Assembly: GCA_009602735.1 (NCBI GenBank)
Contig: WELA01003305.1
Location: 27,621-91,620, forward strand
DNA: 64,000 nt
From: Mesotaenium endlicherianum
Taxonomy: Eukaryota
Reading direction: 5' to 3'
The translations under genes and the position numbers were made by a program. The notes under the pieces were generated by a model. That model was given only the letters and a program-made list of their open reading frames with translations. It did no database searches and was not told the origin of the DNA. Of the stretch, positions 59,011-64,000 are shown piece by piece; the stretch's first letter is position 1, and each line of letters starts with the position of its first letter.

Positions 59011-60225
59011 GTAGGTGCCTGCCTGCGTGCCCTCCGTGCGTGCCTGTGTGCCTACCTGTGTGCCCTCCATGCGTGTCTGCCTGCCCTTCATGCGTGCCTG
59101 CGTGCCCTCCGTGCGTGTCTGTCGCCGTCTCAAGATGGCACAGCGCGCCCCTCCTCCTCCTCCTGGGCCCTCTGCCCCTCTCCCATGTGTTGGGCATAGC
59201 TCTTCACGTTGGTCCTCGTCTGCCCTTCCTCCTCCTCCCTCTCCTCGTCCCGCAACCTGAGAGCTTTGCCAGGCTGGCTCCACCGTCACATTTGGAATTC
59301 TATAACAGGAGCTAGCTGCTGCCTTCCTTACCCTACACCAACTTTGGCCCCCTCCCTCTTCTTTACGTGCTGTTGGCACAAGCAACCTCTTGCGCCAATT
59401 GAAACGGTCAAAAGGATGTGACCATTTTGAATGAATGCACGATATCACGCCATGTGGAGATTTTGAGACTTTCGACGAATCACGTCGAATCGTTTCGCGC
59501 CGAATCGGCGTAGTCACATCTATTCAAGTTTTTGAATAGACGTGATTGTTTGCAGTCACGTCTATGAGTTTCCTTGAATAGACGTGACCGGTCGCGGAGT
59601 CGCGATTAGTCGCGTACACGTCGTTTTGTCATGACCACGTAGTTTGTATTAACTACCTTGCCAATCGATTATTGGTGAACATTTCAAACGAGGAGTCGCG
59701 GGTTCGAATCCGTTTGGATGCAAAGTAACTTTGCACAACTAACTTGTTTGACTTTTTGACTTCGTTCGGCTTTACGACTCGGCGTAAATCCGAAATCTAT
59801 GACTTAGGCATTACCCAAAAATAATGATAATCATTTCAACTTAAGTAAATTAGGTTATTATCTCATAATTAATCAAAGTACCTTATGATTAATTATGTCA
59901 AACTATTGCGAAGTAGTCGAATTACTTTACGACGCTTTTTGCAATAGCATCTTGGTCGTTTCGCTAATCGACCATCAATTAGTCGGCACACACGCGTGGC
60001 GAATAATATGGATGCAATCATTTATCAACAATATATTGATATATTGCGTAACATATTGTAGGTAATTAGGAAAATATTCCTAAATACGCCTAAAATAGCT
60101 CAAATCGTTACACACGTCACGTGGAGCGACTGAATGTGACCGAAAAGTGGGGGTTTGAATTGTACAAGTACAATTGGCGCGCAATCTAAGTACCTCAAGA
60201 TTACCTTTTCGTTTGTATTGTTACA

Positions 60226-60693
60226 AAGCTGTAGAAAAAGTTGGCCTCGTTTTGGAATGCCAAACTTGAGGGCATAACCTAATCTATGTACATGGAATGA
60301 GTTTATTGTTCAACAGCAAGTGCGGTAGCACTGCCTACCCGGGAGTTAACCACGTCTGTAGGACCTCGGCTAACCAAATCCACAGCCATCTCCCATCATC
60401 CCGAATCGCCATCCACCCAAGGGTGTCATTTGGCCACTCATGTAGCATATCACACTTAGATGCATAGCTAGGCAGTTCATTGTTACCGAGTACAACAGTC
60501 TGCTGACTGTCAAAGAATGTGTCAGAAAGCTGATCTATAGTGGACTTCAGCCTGCTACTTTCTCTTGAGTCATTACACTGAATAATACTAAAAGGTCCAG
60601 CAAACTTAATACTATCTAAAGTTTAACAGACTGAATTTAATTAACTTTTATATGCAAATGAATATCATACTACCATAATACTGATTCATTACA
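60226..60693 (-). mobile_element. Truncated, more diverged LTR fragment of the same chromovirus family
   Basis: Matches the 5' ~470 bp of the LTR in reverse (ends ...CTGATTCATTACA at 60693; contains CCTACCCGGGAGTTAACCACG). Confidence 0.88.
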
Positions 60694-63600
60694 AAAAGCT
60701 ATTGAACTTATCTTGGTTGACCTAGGTAAAAAACTAAGAAGTGGACCCACAAAGTGGAAAAAAGTTCGGCCCACTCTAAGTATCCTGTTTCTAAATGTCA
60801 TAAACAATAGCATTTCACACATCCCTTAGTGTAGCTTTTTCTCATTTTTAATTTGGTCAGAATAGCAAAATTGTAGAAATTGCACAAAAAGTTTGGCATC
60901 AACGACAAGATTTTGAAAGTCGTCGACGGTTCAAACAACGGAGTTTGTATGATTGCTGGAAGTCAACTTTGTTTTTTTACCGTTCGTCCCGCGTGATAAG
61001 AAATCTCAATTGCGTGGCGTTTACCACGTGTGATGAGTTTAAATCAATAGGAATATTTTTTGTGTATATCCATTGTGGTCGTCAACCAGTATCAGCATGC
61101 AACTTTACTGATACAAAGATGGTTTGAATTCTCCAATGTGGATAGGTTTATCCACTCTCACACGTCATGGACTATTTATATTACTATGTTGTCAAAGTTA
61201 ATTTCACAAGGATAAACTACAATGATTAAAAGCAATTCAAGAAATAAAATTGTTGTAAGATTCGGCAACCTCGTTCACGTTTGTGGGTAGTTGTAGTGAA
61301 ATAGATAGAAAAAATACTGAGTAAAATGGAGCATTTTATCTATTCAAGACAAGGATCTTTGATCACAAGTGGTAGCTTCTTGAAAGAGAGATGGTTTCTT
61401 GAAAGTTCAAACATTTCTCGAACTTGGCGAGTACAAGAGTGATTCTAGAATCCTCTCTATGTTCTAGCTCTTTTGAATATACTTGCTACACAAGTAATTT
61501 TCAGGAAGGTGCATGTTGACGTGTTGGCACCCAACACATCCCAAAATTTGCCACCTCTTTTGAAAATAAAGTGCACTTGTCCTTTTGACCTAAAAATGTC
61601 ATGTTTGATTTTTGCCACCTGGAGATCTTTTAGATCCTTCTTCTTATTTTGAAAATACCTTAGAAAGTTCAAAGGACATGAATCAAGTTCCTAGAGTATC
61701 TACTCACGCTTGAATTCACACAAAATTACTCTACAGATATTCAAAAGCATCAAAATACGAGGACGAACTTATATATTCTAACTTATATCATTACAATAGT
61801 ATATTATTGTCTAAGTTGCTTAAATTAAACGAGTTCATTGGTTCGTTATGATAAAAGCATGCGGTCACAAAAGTTGTATTTTGTTGTTGCGGACTTAGAC
61901 AAATTTATGAAGTGTTCAAAAATCTTTTACACTCTTTAACGATAACTTTTAACACGATTTAAGCATCTGCCTTGTGATAATAAATCGTAAACACGACAAT
62001 TGTTGAAATTACTGATGGACTTCATGGAGTCAATTCAACTTATTCAAGCATCTACGTAATGGTATATTTTTATCGTAGAGCAAATCAGCAACTTTCATTA
62101 GTTCACAATTCGTCGAGAATTGCAACAACACACAATGTCAATCTAAAAGTTGTTGCATGTTTGACCAAAATATCTCCTTACTGTACACAAATTTGCAATG
62201 TAAGGTTTTCTAGGTTTTTCAAGTTCACTAGTCCAAATCTATGACTTGAAACAAAATTGACGATATGGCTGGCAATCATATAGTCCCATTTAGGAATTGT
62301 TGAAAGGGCCGCTACTTTCAACGTCAATTTGAGCATGTTTGAATATAAAGAAACCCGATTTGCGATCTACTTCTAGGATTCTAAACCCAAAGAAAAGAAG
62401 TGTGGAAAGGGTCTTAGAGAATGTTGATGGCAGGGGTCCTAGAGCAATTTCTCAGCCACTTGTTTGTAAGACGCTAGGATACTCATATTAGTGTGTGCTA
62501 GGATACTCATATTAGTGTGTGCCGCATTGTGGCATACTGGGCTATGCTTAGGGTGTTGTGAAGCATACTCATATACCACCAATAGATTATTAGTGCACAG
62601 TGACCTTACTTAGGTGCTTGCACTTTCACTAAAGAGACAATGTCCTTAGCGAGCACTATACTGTAGAAGTGCTTCCATCTAGCTTCATAGAAGTTATCAA
62701 GTGGAGTTGAAAGCTGTTTTTACACGCCATGAAGGATTATCATTATCTTAATATGTGTGTGTGGCAAGTCTGGGAGGGCTGACTCTTACGCTTAAGTTGG
62801 TGTGTAGGTGGACAAGCTGCCCGTGTGAATCGACAACGTGATGGACCTCGTCGGCAGATGAAAGCAGGGCTAGATCAAGTTTGAAGATCTGACGGTGTCC
62901 GACGGTGAGGCATCTGGTCGTTTGGGATTTGGTCCAAATCTAGTCGGTGAGTTGCGGTGAGTACTGGCAGACCTGTCTCGTACCACAAGCTGACCACAAG
63001 CACTTTTTAAGATCTGCTAAATCCAGACGTCTCGAATAAAGTCGGTCCATTAAATTTGTAACCTCTCTGTGAAGGTTAGACGATGGCCCGTGTAGTATAC
63101 TTCATTTTTCAGACACGAGCGGCAACGAGCTGCAACGGCTGCAGCCTGCAACGAGCAGCAGCGAGACCAACGGACCGTTACCCTGAACGTAAACAGCAAA
63201 ACGAGGAAAGCCCGCCCACTCTCCAGCTCCACTCTGGTGAACGGAACAATACATTGCTGTCATTTCCTAAAGCTACGGGCACCCACAATCTCCCTCTCGT
63301 GTGCATCACTTGAGCTTCTTTAATTGTGAACTGCCGACGATCTCCGTCACAAGGGTTGCTGTTATGTCATATCTAGATTACGAGTACCCAAAAATCTTCC
63401 TTCAGCACGTCCCTGCACTTCCTTCATTCTGAAGGCTCGACGTTTCCTGATAGCTGTTTTACTCATGCAGTCAGTCCTCCTGAACCACCATCACGTGAAG
63501 CTTCGTGGTAGTGGTACGTTGAGCTGGAATCAGCTGGATTTAAAGGCTGGTGTGACTTGTAGTTAGTTGTGATTCCGCTTAGGTCTTAAAAAGAGAGTGT

Positions 63601-64000
63601 TTTGTAAGGTTACCCCGGGGCAACGCTAGCATGGGCTTTATGCGGGGTGCCTCAGCAGCACACTTCACAATTAGTTGGTACTTTCTTCTATTAGCACTCA
63701 TTGTAGTGGCTGGGGAGGTGGAACTAAGTCTCAAAGAGTATAGTCCACTATCATCCAGCTCAGTTGCTTCTGAGTACTTTCTAGATGACGAGCCGCGGAC
63801 TATAATTCCGCCGATAAAGCACAAGTTGAGTAGGGAGTGGAAGCCTTTGAGTCTGGAGTCTTTGGAGATCCCGTTGATAAACAAGGAGGAAAAGAACGAC
63901 CTCCGGTACACGAGGTGAGTCTCGTGAAGACGCCCGGCTCCAGACTTGGTGTCGCAGATCTCGAGAGAGAAGTGGGTCGTGAAAAGTCACTGCAAAGAAG

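Noticed and set aside
62473..62520. 24-bp direct repeat pair (also a ~69-bp imperfect pair at 20330-20460) as CRISPR-like
   Set aside because: Only two adjacent copies without spacers, in a eukaryotic context; ordinary tandem duplications.
63579..63990. Overlapping ORFs at the window end
   Set aside because: No recognisable domain; may belong to an element continuing beyond the window.

Overview
This is a eukaryotic nuclear scaffold with N gaps. Gene content and intron style suggest a streptophyte green alga or plant relative (inference). The left ~40 kb holds six host genes, rebuilt here by hand from GT-AG junctions and reading phase: an SpoU/TrmH rRNA methyltransferase (MRM1-like, 3' exons missing), a 7-exon coproporphyrinogen III oxidase, a 2-exon plastid membrane protein, a PP2-A10-like gene, a 5-exon bacterial-type bicupin that has lost its HxH metal ligands, and a 5-exon AIG2/GGCT-like gene. 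The right ~22 kb is a transposon cluster: a decayed DIRS retroelement (gag, RT/RNase H, methyltransferase-like domain, tyrosine recombinase), a full-length decayed chromovirus (Ty3/gypsy), a solo LTR and a truncated LTR of the same family, a capsid-only gag ORF and an orphan TPR-like exon. The most notable observations are: (1) an extra ~384-codon ORF in the chromovirus, bracketed by two identical polypurine tracts that are each preceded by a stem-loop; (2) the intron-containing cupin pseudoenzyme candidate; (3) a CpG-rich, splice-site-bounded capsid-only gag; (4) tandem decayed echoes of exon/intron junctions in the CPOX gene; and (5) an unusual intron grammar with G-rich acceptors and C-rich or telomere-like tracts after donors. 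All family assignments come from motif recognition; no database search was run.
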